From IMG/VR virus record IMGVR_UViG_3300032280_000361: a stretch of DNA of 64,000 nt; one strand, given 5' to 3'. Numbering within the stretch: position 1 is the stretch's first letter; each line of letters starts with the position of its first letter. A program made the position numbers and the translations under genes. This DNA is from a virus. Its lineage: Duplodnaviria > Heunggongvirae > Uroviricota > Caudoviricetes. Positions 1-9,414 of this stretch are shown one piece after another. The notes below the pieces were generated by a model. It saw only the letters and a list, made by a program, of their open reading frames with translations. It was not told where the DNA came from and did no database searches.

Positions 1-590
<590 letters not shown>

Positions 591-595
591 TTAGT

Positions 596-871
596 TTAAA
601 TAATTGCAAAAATATCACTTTCTTTTAATAAAAGAAATTTATCACCATCTAATTCGATTTCAGTACCTCCGTATTTTCCGAATAGAACTATATCACCAAC
701 TTTAACTGTCATTGGTTCATCTTTTCTACCATTACCTACGGCTACTACTTCTCCTTGTTGTGGTTTGTCTTGTGCGGTGTCAGGAATAATAATTCCACCT
801 GCAGTTTTTTCAGCTTTTTCTGCTGGTTTCACGATAACTCTGTCGTGCAAAGGTGTTACGTTTACGCTCAT
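596..871 (-). CDS. groES: Co-chaperonin GroES
   Basis: [36 protein letters not shown] motifs. Confidence 0.97.
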   Translation of the reverse strand: MSVNVTPLHDRVIVKPAEKAEKTAGGIIIPDTAQDKPQQGEVVAVGNGRKDEPMTVKVGDIVLFGKYGGTEIELDGDKFLLLKESDIFAII

Positions 872-954
872 AATTTTATTTGTTTTTGTTTAATATATTA
901 TATTCAATTACTATACCAACCCATCTATGGTGACAGATTGTCAGTTTATTTACA

Positions 955-986
955 CAAAGATACGAAAAGTTTTTCAATTATCCAAA
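955..986 (-). promoter_or_regulatory. Bacteroidota sigma-A type promoter for groES-groEL
   Basis: Minus strand TTTG-N20-TATCTTTG, matching -33 TTTG / -7 TAnnTTTG. Confidence 0.8.
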
Positions 987-987
987 T

Positions 988-1530
988 TTATATCAATCTA
1001 TTAATACTATCTTTCTTAAAGTCAACTATCATATGAATTCTTCCCACATTTGAATCATTTATAACCCCATGTTCTTTACCACCATTATTTATTTCCCATA
1101 TTTCCCCAACCTTTAGATGTTTACTCTCATCACCAACCGTAAATACACATCCTTCATTTGTTTGTAATGGTATATGTGTTCTATTATGTGTTCCCAATGA
1201 GCCTCCGTAATCAATATGCAAATCAACTTTACTGAAAGCCGGCATACTAACTATCTCTATTCGTATGATATTACCTACTCCTAATATACTATTATATAAT
1301 TTGATTAATTCATTAACATCGGTTTCAAAGATATCATAGAATTTAGACCTATTTCCTATAAAGGCTGAATAATCTTCATCATATAATACGGGTATAGTTT
1401 TAGTTTGGTTATGAACTTTGTATGTATCTTGTCTAAATGTATAAGCATTCCAATCCTCATCGGTCAGAGTGTTTAACTTATTCATCCAATGTTCTGTATT
1501 ATAGTTTCCTAAAAATATAAAGTTATCCAT
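988..1530 (-). CDS. Aspartyl/asparaginyl beta-hydroxylase-like 2OG-Fe(II) oxygenase
   Basis: HxD (LHID), RTHIPL, WEINN..HGV.N..RIHMIVD pattern. Confidence 0.75.
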   Translation of the reverse strand: MDNFIFLGNYNTEHWMNKLNTLTDEDWNAYTFRQDTYKVHNQTKTIPVLYDEDYSAFIGNRSKFYDIFETDVNELIKLYNSILGVGNIIRIEIVSMPAFSKVDLHIDYGGSLGTHNRTHIPLQTNEGCVFTVGDESKHLKVGEIWEINNGGKEHGVINDSNVGRIHMIVDFKKDSINRLI

Positions 1531-2722
1531 CGATATCTTTTCTAAAAGGTTTTGACCATTTTGGTTTAATTAATTTCCAAATGATATCATCATATGGTTT
1601 CTTATCCCACATTGAAAATAATATAGGTCTTAATACATCCTGTTGCTTCATAACAAATTCAGCAAACTCTTTCTTAGTTGGCTCTGGATGTACATCACCA
1701 TATTTACCATATCGGTATCCATCGTGCAACTTACCGGCTCTTTCGCTGATATGAAAGAAACTATATCTTAAATCCATAGCAACCCGCTTTACCCAATCAT
1801 CAAACTCATCAGGTACTCTTTCTAAGAACTCATTCATATCACCTTTAGTTTTTAACAATTCCCATATATCAGTAGTTGAAAAGTTGGTAAGGATTCTATG
1901 CAATCTAACATACTCATCACCTTTGATTTTCATTCTCATTCCATTTCTGAAACGAATAACATATCCTTCTTTTGAATTTGATATCTCCCTTTTCAATACA
2001 TCAAAGCCTTCACCAAAAGTATTATACTTCATCACTACTTCAAATCCTTCATTAACCATTTCATCAATGCTGCCTTCTTCACCTGTTTCGTTATTGAAGC
2101 ATCCTAATACAACTAATTTCTCAACTCCTCCATAATCTACAACGATTCGGTTTTCAGGATATATGATTTCAAATAAGTAAGTATAGGTAGGTATCAATCC
2201 GAAATGAGTATTTAACTTATCTAACATCTCTTTACCTTTCACCGCTTGTTCTGAAATGAATGAACCTCTTGTTGCCATATGCCATTCACCTTTTGTTGTT
2301 GGAGTTGGATGATAATATGGGTCATCAAAGTTAGGAACAATACCTTCATAGTATTCCATACCGGTTTCATAGTTACCATTGAACCATAATCTATATCTTT
2401 CACTATATGTTAATTCTCTCTCATAATAGAAACAGATGCCTAAACTACCATCCATCTTCTCATACACATCAAACAACTCATTTGGAATTTCATCCGCAGA
2501 GTGCTCTTCGTAGTTAAAGAATTTAGGGAATGGTTTAGCTATCACATTACCTTCGTTATCTAATACCAACCCTCTACAATTTAAGGTAATATCATCCCAC
2601 ATCTCACCGTATTGACAAGTACGTGAATAGTTGTAGATTGATAAAGGCAACGTTGGGTGGACTTGCTTTATTATCAATCCCCTTTCTATGTAATCATTCA
2701 ATATGTTTAAATCGTATTTCAT
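1523..2722 (-). CDS. RNA ligase, T4 Rnl1-like
   Basis: CRGLVLD, PFPKFFN, motif I EKMDGSLG, ATRGSF, FEIIYPENRIVV, EGYVI, MKIK. Confidence 0.9.
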   Translation of the reverse strand: MKYDLNILNDYIERGLIIKQVHPTLPLSIYNYSRTCQYGEMWDDITLNCRGLVLDNEGNVIAKPFPKFFNYEEHSADEIPNELFDVYEKMDGSLGICFYYERELTYSERYRLWFNGNYETGMEYYEGIVPNFDDPYYHPTPTTKGEWHMATRGSFISEQAVKGKEMLDKLNTHFGLIPTYTYLFEIIYPENRIVVDYGGVEKLVVLGCFNNETGEEGSIDEMVNEGFEVVMKYNTFGEGFDVLKREISNSKEGYVIRFRNGMRMKIKGDEYVRLHRILTNFSTTDIWELLKTKGDMNEFLERVPDEFDDWVKRVAMDLRYSFFHISERAGKLHDGYRYGKYGDVHPEPTKKEFAEFVMKQQDVLRPILFSMWDKKPYDDIIWKLIKPKWSKPFRKDIDG

Positions 2723-2724
2723 AA

Positions 2725-2817
2725 TTAAAATTTACCCCATTGGGATTTATCTCTGTTTTCTTCTGCAATTTTAAATCCTACCCAAATCTCTTTGATTATT
2801 CTAACTAACTCACCCAT
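2725..2817 (-). CDS. Small hypothetical protein (30 aa)
   Basis: Manual ORF MGELVRIIKEIWVGFKIAEENRDKSQWGKF filling the gap before the RNA ligase. Confidence 0.45.
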   Translation of the reverse strand: MGELVRIIKEIWVGFKIAEENRDKSQWGKF

Positions 2818-2873
2818 AGGGTTGTTACCTAATAGGAATCGCATCCTACTATCGGATTCTAATTTTCTTTTTA

Positions 2874-3272
2874 TCATAATTTTATATTGAATCGGTTTTT
2901 CATTTGTTCTAACTTATCAGCAGGAACTCCGTGCTCATTCACACCACCATGCCTATTCTCTACGATGATTGAATATACTCTGTATCCATATTCATTTGCT
3001 ATATCGAAGTAAGGTTTCATTTCCCATTCTTGTGTAAATGTGTTTGATACTATAATCCTTTCTGAATTATCTTTACTGCTATTGATGTACATATAAGATT
3101 TAGTTCGTGTAAGGCAACTATTATGTGCCTCCCTTAATTTACTAGCATCAAATTTATATTCACCCCCTAGCATAAAGAATTGGTCAGCTTCTATATGAAT
3201 ACCATCCAATGATTTTGCCAATGTACTTTTACCACTTCCAGGTAAACCTCTCAATAAGAATAACTCTTTCAT
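2874..3272 (-). CDS. P-loop polynucleotide kinase-like protein (AAA_33)
   Basis: Walker A GLPGSGKST, EADQFF, IVSNTF, HGVP; next to RNA ligase. Confidence 0.85.
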   Translation of the reverse strand: MKELFLLRGLPGSGKSTLAKSLDGIHIEADQFFMLGGEYKFDASKLREAHNSCLTRTKSYMYINSSKDNSERIIVSNTFTQEWEMKPYFDIANEYGYRVYSIIVENRHGGVNEHGVPADKLEQMKNRFNIKL

Positions 3273-3280
3273 TATTTATA

Positions 3281-3523
3281 TTATTTATTTAAAAACCATT
3301 TTCCAAATTTGAATACTATTTTCCAACTACCCAATATTAATAACATAGGTATTATAATCGGCCAAAATATAGAGAATGCAGTAAATGCCTGTTCGTTATT
3401 TTCCCAGTCATCCCATTGCATTTTACGATTATCATAATCAAATCCAATTTTCACTCCAAAGTATTTGAAAAATGTTAGTGTTAAGAAAAATCCTATTATG
3501 TATATTGTTATTATTGTTATCAT
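3281..3523 (-). CDS. Hypothetical membrane protein
   Basis: Two hydrophobic segments; tightly packed in operon. Confidence 0.65.
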   Translation of the reverse strand: MITIITIYIIGFFLTLTFFKYFGVKIGFDYDNRKMQWDDWENNEQAFTAFSIFWPIIIPMLLILGSWKIVFKFGKWFLNK

Positions 3524-3732
3524 ATATTATTCCATTTATTTGCGAAGGTGATATCAGTTTTAAGTAGATAATCAAACTCTTCTATTTTTAATATTCTATA
3601 TTTTCCGGTAGAGTCTTCCACCAACCAATTATCATAAAGCCAATCATCTAAATCACCTACATCTGATTTTCTCCATAGTTCGTCCATTCCGTTACCATAG
3701 TTATCATATAGTGTTTCTAATGCTGTTTTCAT
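3520..3732 (-). CDS. Hypothetical protein
   Basis: ORF in co-directional packed operon. Confidence 0.6.
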   Translation of the reverse strand: MKTALETLYDNYGNGMDELWRKSDVGDLDDWLYDNWLVEDSTGKYRILKIEEFDYLLKTDITFANKWNNI

Positions 3733-3737
3733 GTATT

Positions 3738-4391
3738 TTATTTATAATTTTCGGTTATTTCGTGATGGTCTTTACTGAATAAACTTTTTACAGGTCTATC
3801 CCTCATAATAGATAATATCTCACTCATATCAATTGGATACAAATCATTACCTTCACATCCCACATCCATCATCTTACCTGCTTGTAATCTCATTGATGGA
3901 TTAAAGTGAACGTGTCCATGTAAATGAATTGCTCCTCTCGCCATATTATCCCAACTTGCAATTGGAAAGTGCATTAAAGCGAATCTTTGTTCTCCCATTA
4001 AAGGAGTTCCCACATTCCATTTAACATTTAAGTTTAGATATTTGTTTACGGAACTGAATAGAGATTGACAACCTTCTCTATCACTTTCAATGTGATGGTC
4101 GTGGTTACCTGTAATGATGTGAACATTCTTACATACAATTTGGTTTCTGAATAATTCTATTTGTTCAAATCCACCAAAACTCCAATCACCTAAGTGAAAT
4201 AGAATATCATCTTGTCCAACCATTTCATTGATATTACTTACCAATGTTGCGTTCATATGTTCCAAAGATTTGAAATCTCTTAATGTTACAGGATTAGTCC
4301 ATTGTGTTGTTGAACTACAAATGTTTCCGTGATTATAGTGTGTATCACTAGTGAACCACAATTTTTGCCCTTTATTTAATGTTATTTTCAT
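3738..4391 (-). CDS. Calcineurin-like metallophosphoesterase
   Basis: SDTHYNH, LGD, GNHD, HFP, HGHVH, DVG motifs. Confidence 0.9.
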   Translation of the reverse strand: MKITLNKGQKLWFTSDTHYNHGNICSSTTQWTNPVTLRDFKSLEHMNATLVSNINEMVGQDDILFHLGDWSFGGFEQIELFRNQIVCKNVHIITGNHDHHIESDREGCQSLFSSVNKYLNLNVKWNVGTPLMGEQRFALMHFPIASWDNMARGAIHLHGHVHFNPSMRLQAGKMMDVGCEGNDLYPIDMSEILSIMRDRPVKSLFSKDHHEITENYK

Positions 4392-5497
4392 TATTCGTAT
4401 TCTTCTCTGTTAATATTAATTACATATGGGAAACGAGGGATACCATCAGGTGTTAAATTGAAGTACTGAATAGTAGCAGATTTACCTAATAATTTATTCT
4501 TACTCTTTAGTATCTCAGCTCCTTCTTCCCAACTACACTTAACGTTTGATTTAAACCTCTTTCCTTCGATTTCAAACACCATATAACCCACCTGGCCGGT
4601 CTTATTACCTTCACCCTCGCATATATCTAAGATGGGAAATTCACTATCCTGAAACGATTTATGCTTCAATAGGAACTTACTTCTCTTATTTTCATACTTA
4701 CCATTTAATCGTAAGATTTGCCCTTCATATCCCTTTTCTACATATCCTTCATACAACTCCATTACTTCTTTCTCACTCTTACAGATATCAGTATCAACAT
4801 TTATACAATGTGAATTAAAGTAACTCCACTCCATAAATAAATCGTATAAAGCCTGGCTTCTGATTTCAAATGTGTCATCTACATTTGGTAAATCATATAT
4901 CCAATACTGAATATTTTTTTTACTTTCCGTCAAATCTTCATCAGTTGGTTTAGTTCTTTTTACCAATGATACAATCTTATTGAAATCATTAGCGAACTTA
5001 TCAGCGTACAATTCACCATCGAATATCAATTGAGGATTAGTTTCAAATAGGGGTTTCAATGATTCAAAGATATGAGGTGCTGAAATGATTGGTTTACCAT
5101 TTCTACTAAACATACCATCCTTAGTTACGATACAACGAATACCATCTAATTTAGGCTGAGAATAGATAGGATATTTAATCTTATCTTTACTATCTTCCCA
5201 CTTACTTGCCAACATCGGTTCAAAGTATTGTTGTTCGTTGATGTTATTTATATCTTCGAAGTAACCACTCTCTAATTTCTTAGTTCTTTTTGCTACCGCT
5301 TCCGCTAATGCCTGTTCATCATCAGTAGTTGAATTTGCTCTACCTATATTCTTACCAAAACAAACTGTCCATTCATTGGTAGATATTACACCACCAACTT
5401 GCCCACTCTGTGTTCGGTATTTATTACCTTCAATTTCGATACTCCACTCTTGTGTAGCACCTGTCTTTGTTTTTTTGTATATTGTTTGTAACTTCAT
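4391..5497 (-). CDS. ATP-dependent DNA ligase
   Basis: PMLA, QPKLDGIRC, FDGELY, EGQILR, RSKFLLKHK, C-terminal GIPRFP. Confidence 0.93.
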   Translation of the reverse strand: MKLQTIYKKTKTGATQEWSIEIEGNKYRTQSGQVGGVISTNEWTVCFGKNIGRANSTTDDEQALAEAVAKRTKKLESGYFEDINNINEQQYFEPMLASKWEDSKDKIKYPIYSQPKLDGIRCIVTKDGMFSRNGKPIISAPHIFESLKPLFETNPQLIFDGELYADKFANDFNKIVSLVKRTKPTDEDLTESKKNIQYWIYDLPNVDDTFEIRSQALYDLFMEWSYFNSHCINVDTDICKSEKEVMELYEGYVEKGYEGQILRLNGKYENKRSKFLLKHKSFQDSEFPILDICEGEGNKTGQVGYMVFEIEGKRFKSNVKCSWEEGAEILKSKNKLLGKSATIQYFNLTPDGIPRFPYVININREEYE

Positions 5498-5503
5498 ATT
5501 AAT

Positions 5504-5827
5504 TTAAATTGTATCAATGTATATAGGTGTACCATCCCATTGTAAATTATTCAGATACCAAACTCCTTTACTTTGTCTAATATTTACACCAGGTAATTCA
5601 TTCAATCTTTCCTTTGTAGTTTTACTATCCCACCCCGCATTTGATATCCACATTTTACCATCACTCTCTAATGCCGCTATCTTATTACCAAATAGTTTTA
5701 AATAGTATATACTATCTTCTTTAACTACTTCCGTATTATCTTTCTTAAATGGTGTTCTATCTAAAAACTTTCGTATTGATTGTTGCGTTATTTTCTTACT
5801 CATATTATTTAACTTTAGGAAATTCAT
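5504..5827 (-). CDS. Hypothetical phage protein (start may be 5803, MSKKITQ)
   Basis: ORF with GWDSKTTKERLN motif; downstream of early-type promoter. Confidence 0.65.
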   Translation of the reverse strand: MNFLKLNNMSKKITQQSIRKFLDRTPFKKDNTEVVKEDSIYYLKLFGNKIAALESDGKMWISNAGWDSKTTKERLNELPGVNIRQSKGVWYLNNLQWDGTPIYIDTI

Positions 5828-6125
5828 TATAACGATTAACTACCATCAATAATACATTAAGATAATGAAGGTATTGTTCATCCTTATCACCTTTAATCAT
5901 TTTAATAGTAAAAATGTGGTCATAATCACCATCATTTGGTTCACATACATCAAACGGAACTTCACCATCAGTTTCCCAATTTGGTGTAGCGTAAATAGTG
6001 ATATCTTTTTCTTTATCATACCATTCCAATGTACCACTAAGGTTATCATAGTATCCTACGAAAGACCCAATTACTTTAATTTCCTCTAAAATCTCCAAAG
6101 GAGAAATCCATTTACTATTACTCAT
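5805..6125 (-). CDS. Hypothetical protein
   Basis: First ORF after promoter 6148-6178. Confidence 0.7.
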   Translation of the reverse strand: MSNSKWISPLEILEEIKVIGSFVGYYDNLSGTLEWYDKEKDITIYATPNWETDGEVPFDVCEPNDGDYDHIFTIKMIKGDKDEQYLHYLNVLLMVVNRYNEFPKVK

Positions 6126-6147
6126 ATCTTTATCTTTTGTTACATAG

Positions 6148-6178
6148 TAAAGATACGAAAAACGGTGGAACTGGCAAG
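6148..6178 (-). promoter_or_regulatory. Bacteroidota-type promoter (early class)
   Basis: CTTG ... TATCTTTA followed by CTATG on minus strand. Confidence 0.7.
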
Positions 6179-6218
6179 TCTTTTACCAATTATTTTCCAA
6201 AAAAGTGAAATATTTTTC

Positions 6219-6239
6219 ATTGAGTATCAATGAGTTATG
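6219..6239. repeat. Dispersed motif ATTGAnTATCAAynAGTTATG (copies at 6219, 16291, 41860, 44115; palindromic version 41889-41913)
   Basis: Near-identical 21-mers upstream of promoters; 6201-6239 and 41841-41880 match over ~40 bp. Confidence 0.75.
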
Positions 6240-6241
6240 TA

Positions 6242-6697
6242 TTATAATTTAACCAAATGGTCTGCCGCATAGGTTGCAATAGGGCCTAAACTCTTATATC
6301 TAACCGCATACCCCATTCCTTCCACCATACCCACTGCCTGTCTAAACACTTCATTAGATTTATATCTAGGGTCAGGATTAATATCAATATCAATCCATTT
6401 AACCTTTGGTATATCAGCTTCTCTGAACTTTTCAGCTACTTCTATCGCATACCATACTTCTTGTAATAATCTAACTGAACGAACGTGTTCTCTTTGAGTT
6501 GTCCATTTATTGAATAAGACGTGTGCACCTTTACCGGTGTGATACAATGCTACTACGATTGCATATATAGTTTTGTTTCCAAAGTTCTGTGAATCGCATC
6601 CGATTAGTATTTCTACTCCTTCGTTTGCGTTCATATACTCTCTTACATATTCTATAATATCAACTTTCTCACCGCTATATAATTTTTTATATATCAT
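6242..6697 (-). CDS. RNase H-like YkuK/DUF458 family protein
   Basis: ILIGCDSQ, RLLQEV, IDIDINPD..YKSN, ATYAADH. Confidence 0.8.
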   Translation of the reverse strand: MIYKKLYSGEKVDIIEYVREYMNANEGVEILIGCDSQNFGNKTIYAIVVALYHTGKGAHVLFNKWTTQREHVRSVRLLQEVWYAIEVAEKFREADIPKVKWIDIDINPDPRYKSNEVFRQAVGMVEGMGYAVRYKSLGPIATYAADHLVKL

Positions 6698-6743
6698 AGC
6701 ATTTGTTTTTAATGTTTCATAATTAAAACATTATGGGAAAGTA

Positions 6744-7265
6744 TTAATACTGAATTAAAGATACTACATCTTTTCCTCCAATCTTTATATCACTATGTAG
6801 GAATGTTAAATCAATCAATACAATTGCTCCTACTACATTGTATCCTGCTGCGTTTAATAGATGTTCTGTTGCGGTTATAGTCCCACCGGTTGCTAATACA
6901 TCATCTACGATTATAATATCTTGATAAGTTTTTTCGTTTTCTTTTACTTCTAATATATCAGTTCCATATTCTTTGGTAGCATATGTTGCAACTTTAGGAT
7001 GTGGTAACTTTCCTTCTTTACGAATTGGAATAAATCCTAAACTATTTAATCCTGCAATTGGTGCTCCTAATATGAATCCTCTTGCCTCTATTCCTGCTAT
7101 TAAATTAACTTCCGGAAAACTATCTGATATTAATATAGATAATTCATCTAAAGCATAACCAAATGCCTTTGGGCTTGCTAATAGTGGAGTGATATCTTTA
7201 AACCCTATTCCCTTAGATGGGAAATCCTGAACCTCTTTGATGTAATCCTTTAGATTGATTTGCAT
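6744..7265 (-). CDS. apt: Adenine phosphoribosyltransferase
   Basis: DFP..GI.FKDITPLL, GIEARGF, IRKEGKLP, PRPP motif IIVDDVLATGGT. Confidence 0.95.
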   Translation of the reverse strand: MQINLKDYIKEVQDFPSKGIGFKDITPLLASPKAFGYALDELSILISDSFPEVNLIAGIEARGFILGAPIAGLNSLGFIPIRKEGKLPHPKVATYATKEYGTDILEVKENEKTYQDIIIVDDVLATGGTITATEHLLNAAGYNVVGAIVLIDLTFLHSDIKIGGKDVVSLIQY

Positions 7266-7268
7266 TTG

Positions 7269-7823
7269 TTATAATTTGAATGTTGGTAATACTTTATCTT
7301 TGTGTGATACTTTAACATCGATATCTCTTACTCCCCAATCAATCTTAAACGTTGGGTCATTATAAACAATACCACCTTCTGATTCTTTATTATAATAGTT
7401 ATCCACTTTGTAGTTGAATATTGCCTCTTTTGATAAAACTGAAAATCCATGCCCACATCCTTTAGGCACAAATACCATCTTACCATTCTTATCACTTAAA
7501 TCAATGGTGATATGTTTTCCATATGTATCCGAATCATGTCTTAAATCTACAATCACATCTCTAACTAAACCATACGAACATCTTACTAATTTAGATTGTG
7601 CCCATTCTCCTTGCTGAAAATGAATACCTCTAACAACTCCATACTTAGAAAATGATTCGTTATCTTGTAAAAATGTAACGTTATGACCTAATGTAAGCTT
7701 CAATACATCTTCAAACACATCCTTAACATATGGTGTTGAAAAGTATCCCCTTTCATCTTTATAGATTTCAGGCTTTACAATGAAACAATCTTTGATTTTG
7801 GTTTTCTCTAATTTGTATTCCAT
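7269..7823 (-). CDS. rfbC: dTDP-4-dehydrorhamnose 3,5-epimerase
   Basis: DERGYF, QDNESFS..GVVRGIHFQ, QSKLVRC, VPKGCGHGF, YKVDNYY. Confidence 0.95.
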   Translation of the reverse strand: MEYKLEKTKIKDCFIVKPEIYKDERGYFSTPYVKDVFEDVLKLTLGHNVTFLQDNESFSKYGVVRGIHFQQGEWAQSKLVRCSYGLVRDVIVDLRHDSDTYGKHITIDLSDKNGKMVFVPKGCGHGFSVLSKEAIFNYKVDNYYNKESEGGIVYNDPTFKIDWGVRDIDVKVSHKDKVLPTFKL

Positions 7824-7901
7824 AACTTATTTTTAATGATATCAAACCACGCTTATTTTAACGGATGGTGGTTTTGCCGTAAACACATATTCATTTATTT
7901 G

Positions 7902-8049
7902 CTGTAAGAGATGGACTCGAACCACCACGATGCGATTCAGTAAGTAACACTTTGCCGGCCGGCTGGTGGTCTACCCCATATTACTTACCTATTTCGTTCT
8001 CACCACCCCCGAGACAGGAGGGCTTGTCTGCCAATTTCAACACCTTACA
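7902..8049 (-). ncRNA. tRNA-Asp(GTC)-like RNA with ~79-nt extended variable arm
   Basis: Acceptor TGTAAGG/TCTTACA+G73, Leu-type D arm, anticodon arm CCCTC-CTGTCTC-GGGGG, T arm GGTGG-TTCGAGT-CCATC. Confidence 0.7.
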
Positions 8050-8054
8050 ATATG

Positions 8055-8141
8055 CGGAGGAGGTAGGATTCGAACCCACGATACCCTTTCAAGTATGTCT
8101 GATTTCAAGTCAGGTGCCGTCAACCGCTTGGCTACTCCTCC
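8055..8141 (-). tRNA. tRNA-Ser(TGA)
   Basis: Cloverleaf, loop CTTGAAA, long variable arm, TTCGAAT. Confidence 0.92.
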
Positions 8142-8150
8142 GTTATTTTA

Positions 8151-8420
8151 TTAATAGATATGAGTTTCTTCATTTCTGAAATCTCTTGTATCTAATTCAT
8201 ATTTACTTTGTCTTCTTCTAGCTTCTTCAGCTTCTTTGTACCAACGAATCCAAGTTAAGGATACATCGATTGGTGCAAGAACCCACGCCATCATCACTAC
8301 CATAATAGTATCTAATTCAGGTGAACCACCTACAGGAGAATTATCATATCTCTTATTTAGATTACGGAATAGTTGATAGAAACAATAAATAACACAAATT
8401 ACATAATAAGTAATAAACAT
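8151..8420 (-). CDS. Hypothetical membrane protein
   Basis: ORF behind promoter 8441-8472, two hydrophobic stretches. Confidence 0.65.
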   Translation of the reverse strand: MFITYYVICVIYCFYQLFRNLNKRYDNSPVGGSPELDTIMVVMMAWVLAPIDVSLTWIRWYKEAEEARRRQSKYELDTRDFRNEETHIY

Positions 8421-8440
8421 AACTTCTTTTTTAATTTAAG

Positions 8441-8472
8441 TAAAGATACGAAAATTATTTCAAACTTGCAAA
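8441..8472 (-). promoter_or_regulatory. Bacteroidota-type promoter
   Basis: TTTG-N20-TATCTTTA. Confidence 0.7.
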
Positions 8473-8480
8473 TCTTTTTG

Positions 8481-8551
8481 TTATTCGGGCTGGATTCGAA
8501 CCAGAACTAACTGCACCAAAAACAGTTGTGCTACCGTTACACCACCGAACA
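8481..8551 (-). tRNA. tRNA-Gln(TTG)
   Basis: Cloverleaf, loop TTTTGGT, TTCGAAT. Confidence 0.9.
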
Positions 8552-8626
8552 ATACCTCAGGCATTCTACTTCTCGCAACAGAAATTGTATCTTACTTAGC
8601 CCTGCTGTGCGATACGGGTACCTGAT

Positions 8627-8701
8627 TGGAGCAGATGAGAGGAATCGAACCTCCGTCTCCTACTTGGAAGGAAGGAGTAATGGCCATTATACGACATCTG
8701 C
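8627..8701 (-). tRNA. tRNA-Gly(TCC), CCA encoded
   Basis: Cloverleaf, loop CTTCCAA, U73-CCA. Confidence 0.92.
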
Positions 8702-8764
8702 TTAAAAAATGGTGGATAGAAAACATCTATCTTCCTTTCGGCACTCCACCGGATGCCCACTATC

Positions 8765-9271
8765 TTAAATCATACTCTTACTATGTTTTGGGATACGATT
8801 AATCCACATTGCTAATACTTCTCTATTTCCTTCGGTTACCTGTTTAACAGAGTGTTTAGTATTACCATCAAACTCAATCATCTCCCCCAACCCAAATGGT
8901 ATATGTTCTTTTTCTAAATAAAACTCACCACCTTTAAAAGAATCACTAAGTAACATTATATAAGTTCGGATAGATGAAAGAGTATCCGTATGTTCTTTAG
9001 CCTCTTCTCCCACTTTATAATGAATATAATGTATGGATGATAAATATTCAGTATCCTCATTTAATTGAATATACTTCTTTACTATATCAACTAATTCTTT
9101 ATTTCTTAAATCACAAAAGAATGTTTCACTACTAACTAAATCAGTATTATATCCTTTGTTATCCGACCTGAATATAAATGGGTTTTCACTTTCCTTTATC
9201 CCATTCTCTTCTCCATCTCTGTATATTTCTTTTATACGATTAATATCTTCTATTGATATAGTTTGTTTCAT
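8765..9271 (-). CDS. 2OG-Fe(II) oxygenase
   Basis: Y..G....HTD, FKGGEF, HSVKQVTEGNR. Confidence 0.8.
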   Translation of the reverse strand: MKQTISIEDINRIKEIYRDGEENGIKESENPFIFRSDNKGYNTDLVSSETFFCDLRNKELVDIVKKYIQLNEDTEYLSSIHYIHYKVGEEAKEHTDTLSSIRTYIMLLSDSFKGGEFYLEKEHIPFGLGEMIEFDGNTKHSVKQVTEGNREVLAMWINRIPKHSKSMI

Positions 9272-9284
9272 ATCATTTTGTTTG

Positions 9285-9358
9285 TGGACCAGATAGGAAT
9301 CGAACCTATGACCTTCGGCTTATGAGGCCGCCGCTCTAACCGTCTGAGCTACAAGTCC
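9285..9358 (-). tRNA. tRNA(CAT), probably Ile2 (lysidine type)
   Basis: Cloverleaf, loop CTCATAA, body resembles Ile-type tRNAs; Met not excluded. Confidence 0.8.
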
Positions 9359-9414
9359 ATATCGTTTAATTGAACGATAAAATCAAATATCGTTTTTTTC
9401 AACGATAAATAAGG

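Noticed and set aside
8557-8625. Canonical theta (HDV-like) ribozyme call
   Set aside because: P1 and P2 partners could not be placed in HDV order; kept only as an unclassified structured element
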